Of a DNA stretch of 64,000 nucleotides, positions 18,640 to 31,322 are shown piece after piece. Each line of letters opens with the position of its first letter. The first letter of the stretch is position 1. Where the stretch lies: contig CAVPCT010000003.1 in the NCBI GenBank assembly GCA_963702475.1, forward strand, positions 864,001-928,000. Direction: 5' to 3'. The DNA comes from an uncultured Thermoleophilia bacterium (GTDB taxonomy: Bacteria > Actinomycetota > Thermoleophilia > UBA2241). The translations under genes were made by a program, and so were the position numbers. Under the pieces are notes generated by a model. The model saw only the letters and a list, made by a program, of their open reading frames with translations, had not been told where the DNA came from and did no database searches.

Positions 18640-20018
18640 TGGCGGTCCGGCTCCCTGGTCGCAGCACGGGGCGACGCACCGCTCGTGGGTCGGACCTGCT
18701 CATCGTCCTTCTCTTCGCCTTGTCGGCGGCTGCGCTGAGCCTCAGCGCGTGCTCCGGAGGCGATGACTCGACGTCCTCCTCCGGCCAGGGGCGGGTCCAG
18801 CTCGTCTACCAGGACTGGCGCACCGAGTGGTTCCCCCCAATGGCGCAGCGGGAGCTCCAGTTGTTCCAGGCACAGCATCCCGACCTCAGCGTGTTCTACA
18901 CACCCGACCCGGAGGACCTCATCGAGCAGATGCCGATCGACATGCAGGCCGGCAACGCACCCGACGTGTTCCAGGCATGCTGCGGCTTCTTCCCCGCCTG
19001 GGCGCAGATGGGCTACGTGCTCGACCTGAGGGAGTACGTCGAGACCGACCTCGACAAGTCGATCGTGGCCGACTGGGACCCCGCGCAGTACAGGGCCATG
19101 TTCGACGCCAGCGGCCGTCAGTTCGGCGTGCCCAAGTACCAGGGCACGCTGGCGCTCTACTACAACAAGGACCTCTTCGACAAGTACAAGGTCCCCTATC
19201 CCGACGACTCCTGGGATCAGGACGACTACCTCGCGGCCATGAAGAAGCTGACCCGCGACAGCGACGGTGACGGCAGGACCGATATCTGGGGCAGCATGAT
19301 CGACATCGGCTGGGACCGCTTGCAGGTACACATCAATGCCTGGGGGGGTCACATCGTGGACCCCACCGACCCGACGAAGTGTGACCTCGACGACCCGCAG
19401 GCCCTGTCGGCCCTCGAGTGGGTGCGGGCCCGGATGTGGGACGACAAGGTCATGGCGACCTTCACCGACGTCAACAACGTGGGGACGGCGGCGGCGTTCT
19501 CCGCAGGCAAGCTCGCGATGGTCGAGGACGGCTCCTGGGCCCTCAAGAGCATCCTCGAGAACGCACCGTTCCGCATCGGGGTGGCGCCGATCCCCGCGGG
19601 GCCGGCGGGGCGGGTCACGCTCAGCACGACCGACGGCTTCGGCATCTACTCGGGTACGCGTCACCCACAGGAGGCGTGGGAGCTCGTCAAGTTCCTCGTG
19701 AGCAGGGAGTACGCGCTGGCCATGGCCGAGGCGAACCTCCTGCAGCCGGCTCGTTTGTCACTGGTGGCCGACTGGGAGCGGCTCGTCAAGCAGCAGTATC
19801 CGCAGAAGGCTCAAGGAATGGACCTCGACGTGTTCGCCGCCCCGCACCGCGACGGATACTCGGTCGTCCAGGAGACGTTCCCGCAGAACATGGAGGAGGC
19901 GACGCGCCTAATCGACGACGCCTTCGCGAAGATCTTCACCCTCGGTCAAGAGAGCGTCGACATCCTGCGCGGCGTAAGCCGGCAGATCGAGGCGGCTCAG
20001 TCGAACGCCACCAGCTAG
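18636..20018 (+). CDS. Sugar ABC-type extracellular solute-binding lipoprotein
   Basis: Lipobox LSA-C; APDVF, LYYNKDLFDK, F.AGKLAM..GSW; overlaps the RR stop (ATGA). Confidence 0.9.
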   Translation: MMAVRLPGRSTGRRTARGSDLLIVLLFALSAAALSLSACSGGDDSTSSSGQGRVQLVYQDWRTEWFPPMAQRELQLFQAQHPDLSVFYTPDPEDLIEQMPIDMQAGNAPDVFQACCGFFPAWAQMGYVLDLREYVETDLDKSIVADWDPAQYRAMFDASGRQFGVPKYQGTLALYYNKDLFDKYKVPYPDDSWDQDDYLAAMKKLTRDSDGDGRTDIWGSMIDIGWDRLQVHINAWGGHIVDPTDPTKCDLDDPQALSALEWVRARMWDDKVMATFTDVNNVGTAAAFSAGKLAMVEDGSWALKSILENAPFRIGVAPIPAGPAGRVTLSTTDGFGIYSGTRHPQEAWELVKFLVSREYALAMAEANLLQPARLSLVADWERLVKQQYPQKAQGMDLDVFAAPHRDGYSVVQETFPQNMEEATRLIDDAFAKIFTLGQESVDILRGVSRQIEAAQSNATS

Positions 20019-20039
20019 AGACCGGTCCGGGTCGCGGCG

Positions 20040-22283
20040 ATGCCAATGCGCCTACCGCATGTCCGCCTGAGGACGCGGATCCTTGCCTGGTCCTTCGTCC
20101 CTACGGCCGTCATCCTCTTCGCCGTGGCGGTCGTGGCCGTGTACGCCTACTCCCGCGTGACGGAGCAGGAGGCCGTCCAGCGAAACCAGGAACTGGCTCG
20201 CCTCTCGGCCACCAACCTCCAGGCCGAGATCAGCCAGTTCTCGCTCGACCTCGGCAGCCTCACTCGGCAGTCCGATATCGCCGGCGGCCGCTCTGGTCGG
20301 CAGCAAGCCGCACTGGCGGCGGCCGCGAACAAGCTCTCGGTCTTTGACGCCGGTGCGATCATCCTTGACGCGCGGGGCACCCTCGCCGCAGCCTGGCCGG
20401 AGCGTCCCGGGGACGTCGGCCAAGACTGGGCGTCACGCCCGTACTTCGTCCAGCTTCTGCGCTCTGCGCGGCCGGTCTTCTCCGACATCACCCCCGACGG
20501 GGTCGGCGGTGCCCAGGTCATCGCGGTCGCCGTGCCGATCACCGGGCCGCAGGGCGAGTTCAACGGTGTCCTCGCCGGCATGTTCCGGCTGGGGGCGACC
20601 TCGGTCAGCGCGCTCTACGGCGATATCGCCAAGCTTCGCGTAGGGGTGACCGGCGACGTGTACCTGGTCGACGGCGACGGCCGCGTCATCGCCCACCCCG
20701 ACCCGGCGCTGGTGGGGACCGACCTCACATCGCAGAGGGTGGTCCGGCGCGTCGTGTCGGGCCAGGCCGGTGCCGAGCGTACCCGGGACCTGAACCGCAG
20801 GGACGTGGTGGCCGGCTACGCCCCGGTGCCGGGGACGCCCTGGGGCCTTATCGCCGTCGAGGACTGGTCGACGCTCCTTCGACCGTCCCAGGGATACCGC
20901 ACCTTCCTGCTGGTCCTCCTCGTGCTCGGCGTCCTGGTCCCGTCGTTGGTCGTGCTGCTCGGGGTGCGACGCCTGACGCGGCCGGTGCTCGACCTCACGC
21001 AGGCGGCTCGACGGGTGGCGGCGGGCGACTTCGAGCACGCGGTCAGCATCACGACCCACGACGAGCTGCAGGAGCTCGGGCAGCAGTTCAACGAGATGTC
21101 CGCGACCCTGCGTGACTCGTACGCGGATCTGGACAAGCGGGTGGCCTCTCGCACGCAGGAGCTTGCGACCTTGAACGCCGTGGCCGCCGTGGTGAGTCAG
21201 TCGCTCGATCTCGAACGCATCCTGGAGGACGCCCTGGGGAAGATCATCCCTGAGCTCGGCTTCGCGGCAGGGGCGGCGTTCGTCCTCCCGGATCCCGACA
21301 GCGGAGACGGCGTGCTGAAGCTGGTGACGTCCGTGAACCTGTCGCCCGACGTCTCGGCTGCCCTCGCGCTCCGTGTACCGGAGGTCCTGGAGCGGCGCTT
21401 GACAGAGCCCGGCAGGCAGGCCCAGGCCTTGACGCTCGACGTCCTCGCCTCCGGCGATGCGCTGACCGCGCTCGAGACGGCGGGCTGGCGGTCCGTCGTG
21501 GAGATCCCGCTCGCCGCCAAGGGGACGGTGTTCGGCGCCCTGGTGCTCTTCGCCGCGGAAGAAATGGAGCTCACACCCGAGCAGCTCGCCTCGTTGTCGG
21601 GTCTCGGCAACCAGATAGGCATGGCGGTCGACAACGCCCGCCTCTACGCGCGGGCCGAGGAGTCGGCCGCGGCGATGGAACGGAACCGCCTGGCTCGCGA
21701 CCTCCACGACGCCGTGAGCCAGACGCTGTTCTCGGCGTCGCTGGTCGCGGAGGTCCTCCCTCGTATCTACGAGCGTGACCCGCAGCAGGGCAGGGAGAAG
21801 CTGGAAGAGCTTCGTCAACTGACCCGCGGCGCCCTCGCAGAGATGCGTACGCTGCTGCTCGAGCTGCGTCCGGCCGCGCTCGCCGAGGCGAACCTGCCCG
21901 ATCTGCTGCAGCAGCTGGGGGAGGCTGTGGCCGGGCGCTCGCGCATCCCGATCGACGTCCACGTGGACACGGCCGGCGATGTCCCGGCGGGGGTCGGTGT
22001 GGCGCTCTACAGGATCGCGCAGGAGGCGCTCAACAACGTGGCCAAACACTCCGGGGCCACGCATGCGAGCGTGCTCTTGCGCGACTGCGACGACGACGGG
22101 CCGGAGCGCGGGGCTCTGGAGCTCGTCGTCACCGACGACGGCAGCGGGTTCGATCTGGAGGCGGCCCGGCCGGGCAGCCTCGGACTCAGCATCATGACCG
22201 AGCGGGCCGAGTCGATCGGGGCGCGGCTGGAGCTGTCGTCGAGCGAGGACGGCACCAGCGTCCGCGCCGTCTGGCGTCCGTAG
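20040..22283 (+). CDS. Sensor histidine kinase (dCache-HAMP-GAF-HisKA_3-HATPase)
   Basis: Two TM helices, HAMP (DELQELG..FNEM), ERNRLARDLHDAVSQ, QEALNNVAKH, DDGSGF, GLSIMTERA. Confidence 0.95.
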   Translation: MPMRLPHVRLRTRILAWSFVPTAVILFAVAVVAVYAYSRVTEQEAVQRNQELARLSATNLQAEISQFSLDLGSLTRQSDIAGGRSGRQQAALAAAANKLSVFDAGAIILDARGTLAAAWPERPGDVGQDWASRPYFVQLLRSARPVFSDITPDGVGGAQVIAVAVPITGPQGEFNGVLAGMFRLGATSVSALYGDIAKLRVGVTGDVYLVDGDGRVIAHPDPALVGTDLTSQRVVRRVVSGQAGAERTRDLNRRDVVAGYAPVPGTPWGLIAVEDWSTLLRPSQGYRTFLLVLLVLGVLVPSLVVLLGVRRLTRPVLDLTQAARRVAAGDFEHAVSITTHDELQELGQQFNEMSATLRDSYADLDKRVASRTQELATLNAVAAVVSQSLDLERILEDALGKIIPELGFAAGAAFVLPDPDSGDGVLKLVTSVNLSPDVSAALALRVPEVLERRLTEPGRQAQALTLDVLASGDALTALETAGWRSVVEIPLAAKGTVFGALVLFAAEEMELTPEQLASLSGLGNQIGMAVDNARLYARAEESAAAMERNRLARDLHDAVSQTLFSASLVAEVLPRIYERDPQQGREKLEELRQLTRGALAEMRTLLLELRPAALAEANLPDLLQQLGEAVAGRSRIPIDVHVDTAGDVPAGVGVALYRIAQEALNNVAKHSGATHASVLLRDCDDDGPERGALELVVTDDGSGFDLEAARPGSLGLSIMTERAESIGARLELSSSEDGTSVRAVWRP

Positions 22284-22534
22284 CCGTCGCGCAGCCCCAA
22301 CGCCACCGGCCCGCTCTGGCCGCCGCTGCTGCACACCACGGGGCCTGGATCCTGGCCCGGCTGTCGAGAAGCCTGGTCACCTGACCAGTCGGAAGACTGC
22401 CCCCATGACGGGCCGGATGCCTGTCCCCGTGCAGGGCGCGGCCGCGCCGATCGTCCCGTATCCTGCTGACCGTGGTTGGAGCGCGCCTCGGTCACGGAGG
22501 CTCGTGGATCGTCCTGGATGGCGACCACTGGGTC

Positions 22535-23071
22535 ATGAGACGGAGCCGGGAAGGGGAGATGGTCATGGTGCAGCAGACCACGGTCTGGGCGGCCTTCTGC
22601 CTGGTCGCTCTGGGGATCGCGCTCTGGCGCCCGCGCGCCGGGCGTCGGGCTCTCGGCGTCTTCTTCGTCGTCATGGCGGTCGGCGTCAACGTCGTGTTCG
22701 TCCTGGCCGCGCCCGACGGGTTCGTGGACCTCGGCACGCGTGCGCCGCTGCTTCCCCCCTACGAGTGGGTCTTCGAACATGTGGTCGCCAGAGCCCCTGT
22801 GGCCTTCGGCCTGCTCATTGCCAGCTTTCAAGTGACCGTCGGGTTGCTGATGATCAGTGGTGGCCAGTGGGGAAGCCTCGGCCTGCTCGGCGGCATCGTC
22901 TTCCTGCTGGTGCTCTCCCCCCTGGGTCCTTGGACAGTGCCGAACCTGATCATGGCGGCTGCGCTCGGTGCCATTCTCCTGCGCGAGCCGGGGCTTGCGT
23001 CGGGGTCCCCGGACTCGAGGCGGGTCGACCTTGGCAAGGACGGCGCGCAGAAAGCAGCGACGGCATCATGA
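22535..23071 (+). CDS. Membrane protein (DoxX-like), start uncertain
   Basis: Four to five hydrophobic helices. Confidence 0.6.
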   Translation: MRRSREGEMVMVQQTTVWAAFCLVALGIALWRPRAGRRALGVFFVVMAVGVNVVFVLAAPDGFVDLGTRAPLLPPYEWVFEHVVARAPVAFGLLIASFQVTVGLLMISGGQWGSLGLLGGIVFLLVLSPLGPWTVPNLIMAAALGAILLREPGLASGSPDSRRVDLGKDGAQKAATAS

Positions 23072-23148
23072 GACGGCTTCTCCTGACCGCAGCACTCGGT
23101 GGGGCAGTCACGGCCGCCGCGCTGGCGCCTTCCGTGTCGGCATCATGA
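23068..23148 (+). pseudogene. Signal-peptide-only remnant MRRLLLTAALGGAVTAAALAPSVSAS*
   Basis: ATGA overlap with the upstream gene; ends where a duplicated kinase fragment begins. Confidence 0.35.
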
Positions 23149-23330
23149 GCCGAGCGGGCCGAGTCGACCGGGGCGCGGCTGGCGCCCTCTGCCCAACTGG
23201 CCAGGGCCAAGACTCTCCGCATCGGCAGGTCGGATTCTCCCCCGATGGCGGGCGCGCCCGGCTTCCCCCGGGGCCACACTGGAGCCACGACCACATCGGC
23301 GATCCGAGGGAGCATCGGAGGCTGGGAGCG

Positions 23331-23903
23331 ATGAAGACCACGGCAATGATCCGGAAGCTGGAGACCACTGTCGATCGTACCCCGCGCCACAGGGCGGCCA
23401 CGTTCACGGCCACGAGGGGCAGCACCCCTGGTCTCCTGGCCGTCGGGGCTGCTTGCAGCGATACCAGCCGTCGGCCGCGGCGCGCCGACGCGTTCCGGCG
23501 TTGGTTCGCGGCCCGGCCGTCGTCGGCTGCTGTGCTGCGCGAGACTCTCACCACCTACCTGACCGCGAACGGCATCGACGACGCGGAGAAGCGACTCATC
23601 GTGCTCTGCGCCGACGAAGCGCTCATCAACGCGGTCGCACACGCGGCGGGCAGCCCCGTGGGCGTCTTCGCCGACCTGCGCGACGACCATTTCACGCTCG
23701 AAGTCAGCGACGGGGGACCCGGCTTCGACCCCTCGCAGATCGACAGTGACGCAGAGCCCGACCTGATGGGCGAGCACGGACGCGGGCTCTTCTTGATCCG
23801 CAACCTCATGGACGACTTGCAGATCCTCTCCGACGAACGCGGCACGACGCTTCGCATGGAGCGGGACGTGCCCGGCGTCCGCCACGGATCCTTCGCGGCT
23901 TAG
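23331..23903 (+). CDS. RsbW-like anti-sigma factor/HATPase_c_2 protein
   Basis: EALINAVAHA, VSDGGPGFD, EHGRGLFLIRNLMD. Confidence 0.85.
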   Translation: MKTTAMIRKLETTVDRTPRHRAATFTATRGSTPGLLAVGAACSDTSRRPRRADAFRRWFAARPSSAAVLRETLTTYLTANGIDDAEKRLIVLCADEALINAVAHAAGSPVGVFADLRDDHFTLEVSDGGPGFDPSQIDSDAEPDLMGEHGRGLFLIRNLMDDLQILSDERGTTLRMERDVPGVRHGSFAA

Positions 23904-24348
23904 CCGAGGTGACCACCGCGGGGCGACGCGCTCGAGGCGTGGCGCCCGTCGCCTGATGTCAGACGCCGTAGGGGAGGGGACCATGAGATCGAAGACCATG
24001 CACTCAAGCCTCGAGGCATGGCTCGCTGGCCCTGTGCGCTGCCGTGGTTGCGGCTGGGGTCGTGGAGCTGCTCCTCCCTGACCGGCCGGCCTACGCCGCC
24101 TCGTTCGCCCCGGACCGGCTCCCTCCGGCCCGGCCGCTTGAGTCGCCTCGCGATGGCCCCTGTCCCGAGTGACATGCACTTGGTCTCGGGGCCTCTCACT
24201 CCCCTGTCCAGCGGCGATCGGTCGCAGAACCCGCAGCACGTGGTCGACAGGGAAGGTGGGGGGGACTCATGCTCAGCAAGCATCGACACCACGCCGCGGG
24301 CCTGATCTGGCCGACGCCCGCCTCGACTGGGCACGGTGAGGAGTCGTG

Positions 24349-27132
<2,784 letters not shown>

Positions 27133-27225
27133 GCGAAACGTCACGCGGGCATCGGGGTGCTGCCGGCCGACATCCGGCTGGCAGCACCGGCGAAGCTCAC
27201 CTCCGTCCCGGAGAGGGACCCCTCT

Positions 27226-28125
27226 TCACAGGGGGACCTCCTCCTGGATGTCCACGCGGCCGCGCAGCGCGACCAGGAACCCCGACCCGAGGATGAGCGC
27301 GCCGCCGGCCGCCGTCCAGGCAGTGATGCTCTGGCCGGCCAGAGCCAGCGCGAAGAACGGCGCGGCCACCGGGGTGATGAAGCCCAGCACGGCGCTGTGC
27401 TGCATGCGTATCCGGTGCGTGCCCTCCACCCAGAGCGTGTAGGCGACGGCGGTGCACAGCACGCCCAGCACGAGCGCGACGAGCAGGTCGTTGCGCGTCA
27501 GGGCATACCCCGCCACCAGCGTCTGCCACAGCGCCAGCGGCAGCAGGAACGTCGCGTCGAGCACGCTCTCCGTGAGCACGAGAGTGACGCTGTCGAGCCG
27601 GAGCGAGAGGTCCTTGACGAGCAGCGCGAAGCAGGCGTACAGGAACCCGCAGCTGAGGCCGGCAGCGAGTCCGGCCCACGAGACCTGTGCCACCCCGGAG
27701 AGGGTGGGAACGAGGATGAGCACGAGGCCCGCGAGCGCGGCGACGATGGCCACCCACACGACCCTCTCGGTCTCGCTGTGCAGGAGCCGCGGAGCCAGCA
27801 GCGCGATCCACACCGGCTGCATGAAGTACAAGAAGGTGGCCACGGCGACGCCCGTCTCGCGGATGGCGAAGAAGAAGAGCAGCAGCGTCGCCGCGTCGAT
27901 CGCTCCCATGAGGAGCAGCCGCCGGCGCAGGTCCGGAGCGAACAGGCCCGCAAGCCTGCGGCGGCGCGCGAACACGGCGCCGAGCAGGGCGAACGCCACC
28001 ACGAACCGCAGCACCAGCAGAACGCTCGGCGGCGCCGTGGTCAGCGCCACCAGCGTGCCCGACAACCCGATGAGGAGATAGGAGACGATGACCATCGCGT
28101 ACCCTTGGGCGGCACGGGAGCGCAT
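27226..28125 (-). CDS. DMT/EamA family transporter
   Basis: About ten TM helices in two EamA-like repeats. Confidence 0.85.
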   Translation of the reverse strand: MRSRAAQGYAMVIVSYLLIGLSGTLVALTTAPPSVLLVLRFVVAFALLGAVFARRRRLAGLFAPDLRRRLLLMGAIDAATLLLFFFAIRETGVAVATFLYFMQPVWIALLAPRLLHSETERVVWVAIVAALAGLVLILVPTLSGVAQVSWAGLAAGLSCGFLYACFALLVKDLSLRLDSVTLVLTESVLDATFLLPLALWQTLVAGYALTRNDLLVALVLGVLCTAVAYTLWVEGTHRIRMQHSAVLGFITPVAAPFFALALAGQSITAWTAAGGALILGSGFLVALRGRVDIQEEVPL

Positions 28126-28390
28126 CCTGGTCAGACGCCTGTGCGCACGTGGGTCGCGGGGTGAGGGTGCACGGCCCGCATCCTGACACGGTGAGTGCGG
28201 GCCACGCCAGCGGGACCTCGACCTCGCCGTGCCACGGGAGGACTCCTCAGGCGAGAAGACCATCTCCGAGCTGCTCGACGGAGCCGACTTCGCGTGCGGT
28301 CTCCGCTCGCTCGGCGTGGCAACGCGACCGCCTCGGACCGCATCGGCTCCACACTCCCGCGCACGGACTGCCGGGGGGCGTGAGCCCGGC

Positions 28391-28936
28391 TCAGCCTTCC
28401 TGTGGCCCCGCCGCGTCGGTCTCGGCGCTTCGTCGCAGCAGCAGCGTCCACAGCCCCATCGCGGCGCCGAACGCGGTGTGGCCGAGCAGCATGAGCCGCA
28501 CGAGGCGCGCCGCCTCGCCGCTGCGGATCCCGCACGGCCCGATGCCCCAGGACGGGTACATGATCAGCAGGGGCAGGAGGGCCGTGGCGGCGCCGAAGGC
28601 CGCGGCCGAGAGCAGGCCGGGATCGCGGCGGGAGCGCCGCAGCGCCACGTAGTAGGCCTGCGTCAGCGCGATGCCCGTCACGTAGTGGACGGCGAGCCCC
28701 AGCGCGGCTTCGCCGCGCAGCGGCGGCTCGCCGGCCATGTCCTCGTGCCGCAGGCGTCCTCGCGCGAGGCCGCCGACCCAGCGGCCGACGAGCTCCAGCC
28801 CGACCTTGTCCGAGGCGAACCGCGAGCCGCCAAGCGATGCGCCGGCGACGAAGACGGCGTCCATGGTGAGCGTCGCGAGAGCCCCGACCGTGACGCTGGG
28901 CGGTACCGCCGCGATCCTGTCCCCGAGCCGGCTCAT
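28391..28936 (-). CDS. DUF2938-like membrane protein
   Basis: GALATLTMD, VGRWV, GE.ALG..VHYVTG, P.WGIG, H.AFG pattern. Confidence 0.7.
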   Translation of the reverse strand: MSRLGDRIAAVPPSVTVGALATLTMDAVFVAGASLGGSRFASDKVGLELVGRWVGGLARGRLRHEDMAGEPPLRGEAALGLAVHYVTGIALTQAYYVALRRSRRDPGLLSAAAFGAATALLPLLIMYPSWGIGPCGIRSGEAARLVRLMLLGHTAFGAAMGLWTLLLRRSAETDAAGPQEG

Positions 28937-28968
28937 CACCGCGCAGTCTACGCGCCCTAACGGGGCTA

Positions 28969-29015
28969 TTGACAGACCGTTTCGTGCTGCTATACTTCGA
29001 TTGTCGTCGAAGTAT
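28969..29015 (+). promoter_or_regulatory. Sigma70-type promoter overlapped by a palindromic operator
   Basis: TTGACA 28969, 16 nt, TATACT 28991; perfect inverted repeat ATACTTCGA-N6-TCGAAGTAT 28992-29015. Confidence 0.8.
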
Positions 29016-29021
29016 CGAATA

Positions 29022-29339
29022 ATGGAGAGGAGCAGCGTGACCGACCTCACACGGATCTTCAAGGCCCTGGGCGACCCGACGCGGTTCGCGATCTTCGAGC
29101 TGGTGCGCGACTGTGGCAAGCCTGAGGGCTGCTCCGAGGAGGAGGCCAGCGACAGCCTCTCCCAGATCGCGGAGCGGTTCCACCTGTCGCTCTCCACGGT
29201 GTCCCACCACGTGAAGGAGCTGAGAAACGCCGGCATCATCACCTGCGAGAAGCGCGGCCAGCGGCTCTACTGCTGGGTCGATCCCGACGTGCTCCGCGAG
29301 CTCGAGCAGTTCGCACAGGGGGCTACCGCGCCCTCTTGA
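29022..29339 (+). CDS. ArsR/SmtB family transcriptional regulator
   Basis: FKALGDPTR..I, S.STVSHH.KELR.AG.I...KRG. Confidence 0.9.
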   Translation: MERSSVTDLTRIFKALGDPTRFAIFELVRDCGKPEGCSEEEASDSLSQIAERFHLSLSTVSHHVKELRNAGIITCEKRGQRLYCWVDPDVLRELEQFAQGATAPS

Positions 29340-29363
29340 GGCCACCCCCCTTTTTTCGCCCTG

Positions 29364-29384
29364 TACTTCGATAGTTGTCGAACA
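29364..29384 (+). promoter_or_regulatory. Second copy of the putative ArsR operator
   Basis: TACTTCGA-N6-TCGAACA upstream of the 29402 gene. Confidence 0.65.
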
Positions 29385-29401
29385 TTCGAAAGGAGAACGA
29401 A

Positions 29402-29761
29402 ATGAAGCCGAGTACCGTGTGGATCGCCATCGTGCTGCTGGCCCTGGGGGCCTGCGGCATCCTCGACGTCGCCGGGGTGGTCCCGTCGAGCGAGACCATC
29501 GGGCAGTGGTGGCCGCTCGCCATCGTGGGCTGGGCGGTCGCGGAGATGCTGAACGTGCGCCGCGTGACGTTCGGCGGCGTGGTCTGCGCCGCCATCGGCG
29601 TCACGCTGCTGGCCGACACGCAGGCGTGGGCCGACGGCACCGTGTTGTGGTCCGCGCTGGCCATCACCATCGGGCTCGCCATCCTCGTCGAAGCGGTGCT
29701 GAAGCGCGGCGCGCATCGCAACGGCGACACCCCCACGGCTGTGAGAGGAGGTGCGTCGTGA
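29402..29761 (+). CDS. LiaF/DUF5668-like transmembrane protein
   Basis: AAGGAG RBS; WWPLAIVG motif; four TM helices. Confidence 0.7.
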   Translation: MKPSTVWIAIVLLALGACGILDVAGVVPSSETIGQWWPLAIVGWAVAEMLNVRRVTFGGVVCAAIGVTLLADTQAWADGTVLWSALAITIGLAILVEAVLKRGAHRNGDTPTAVRGGAS

Positions 29762-30261
29762 CCGGCCGTCTCGTCAGACTCGGCCGCGAGCGTCTGCCTC
29801 AGCTCGGCCGCCGCGGCGAAGGCTGGGTGGCCCTGCAGCTCGTCCTGGTCGCGGTCATCGCTGCGGCCGGAGCGCTCGGTCCGCGCTGGTCGACTACGGC
29901 GCACGACGTCCGCATCGTGGCCGCCGTCGCCGTCGGCCTCGGCGGCCTCTACCTCTTCGGCGCCGCGGCCGCTGGCCTCGGGCGCCAGCTCACGCCGTTC
30001 CCGAGACCGGTCGCGGGCGGCTCCGTCAAGCACAGCGGCGTCTACGGCCTGGTCCGCCACCCGATGTACGGCGGCGTGCTGCTGCTCGCGCTTGCCTGGG
30101 CGTTGCTGTCCTCGCCGCTGGCGCTCGTGCCCTGGGCGCTCGCTGCGCTCTTCCTCGATGCGAAGCGCCGCCGCGAGGAGGCCTGGCTGGTCGAGGCGAA
30201 CCCGGAGTACGAGGAGTACCGCGCGCGCGTGCGCAGCAGGTTCGTGCCGCTGGTCTGGTAG
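29758..30261 (+). CDS. Isoprenylcysteine carboxylmethyltransferase/PEMT family protein
   Basis: LTPFPRP, GVYGLVRHPMY, REE.WL...Y..Y..RV..RFVP; GTGA overlap. Confidence 0.85.
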   Translation: MTGRLVRLGRERLPQLGRRGEGWVALQLVLVAVIAAAGALGPRWSTTAHDVRIVAAVAVGLGGLYLFGAAAAGLGRQLTPFPRPVAGGSVKHSGVYGLVRHPMYGGVLLLALAWALLSSPLALVPWALAALFLDAKRRREEAWLVEANPEYEEYRARVRSRFVPLVW

Positions 30262-30410
30262 CTCCCTGACGGAGTGTACCGGCGCGGGGGGGCGCGCCGT
30301 GCATGGGCGCGCCCCCCCGCGCCGTGTCCCCACTCGTACTTGCAGATCCAAGGCCGGCGGCGTATGCCACGCTCATACCCTGCGGGCGCCTTGCCAGGAA
30401 GGAGAGCTCG

Positions 30411-31235
30411 ATGACATCGCTCAGCGGAAAGGTCCTCCTGTTGACGGGCGCCTCTCGAGGGCTCGGCGACGTGATCGCCGAGGCCGTCGCCAGGCGGGGC
30501 GCGACCGTCGCCCTCGCAGCACGAGACGAGCAGCGGCTGCGAAGCGTGGCCGGCCGCCTCGGACGGCTGGGCACGCGGACGCTCGTGGTGCCGGTCGACC
30601 TGCGGTCGGCGGCACAGCGCGCGGAGCTCGTGGCCACTGTGGCGCGCGAGCTCGGGACGGTCGACGTGCTGGTCAACAACGCCGGCCTCGAGACGGAGGG
30701 CGCGTACGCGGACCTGCCCTGGGGGTCTGTCCAGGAGAACATCGAGGTGAACCTCGTCGCCCCGATGGCGCTGACCCACCTCATCCTCCCGGAGATGCTG
30801 CGGCGGGGTGCGGGGCACATCGTCAACATCGCCTCGGTCGCCGCGAAGAGCGGCGCTCCGTACGCCTCCGTGTACTCGGCCACGAAGGCGGGGCTCGCCG
30901 AGTGGACACGGGCGTTGCGCCTGGAGCTCGCCGGCTCCGGCGTGCGTTTCTCGACCGTCTTCCCCTCCTACGTCAGAGAAGTCGGGATGTTCGCCCGGTT
31001 CGGCGTGGAAGCCCCGAAGATGATCGGTTCCTGCTCTCCCGCGCGGGTCGCGGACGCGGTCGTGGAGACTATCGAAAGGGACAGGCTCGAGACGATCGTC
31101 AACGACCGGCCGGTGCGCTTCGCGTTCGTGCTGAACGAAGTGTCGCCAGCGCTCGGCGACTGGCTGATGCGGTTCTCCGATGCCGTCGATTTCCAGCGCA
31201 GAAAGGTCGAGAAAGGCGCTGCCGGGCGACCCTGA
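30411..31235 (+). CDS. Short-chain dehydrogenase/reductase
   Basis: TGASRGLG, VNNAG and YSATK motifs. Confidence 0.92.
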   Translation: MTSLSGKVLLLTGASRGLGDVIAEAVARRGATVALAARDEQRLRSVAGRLGRLGTRTLVVPVDLRSAAQRAELVATVARELGTVDVLVNNAGLETEGAYADLPWGSVQENIEVNLVAPMALTHLILPEMLRRGAGHIVNIASVAAKSGAPYASVYSATKAGLAEWTRALRLELAGSGVRFSTVFPSYVREVGMFARFGVEAPKMIGSCSPARVADAVVETIERDRLETIVNDRPVRFAFVLNEVSPALGDWLMRFSDAVDFQRRKVEKGAAGRP

Positions 31236-31322
31236 CGAGCTGCTTGGGTCGGCGGGAAGGGCTCGCCTCGATCCCGCCGTTCCTGCCCGTGCTGCCTCGG
31301 CTGCGCTCGAACGGCTCCGACC

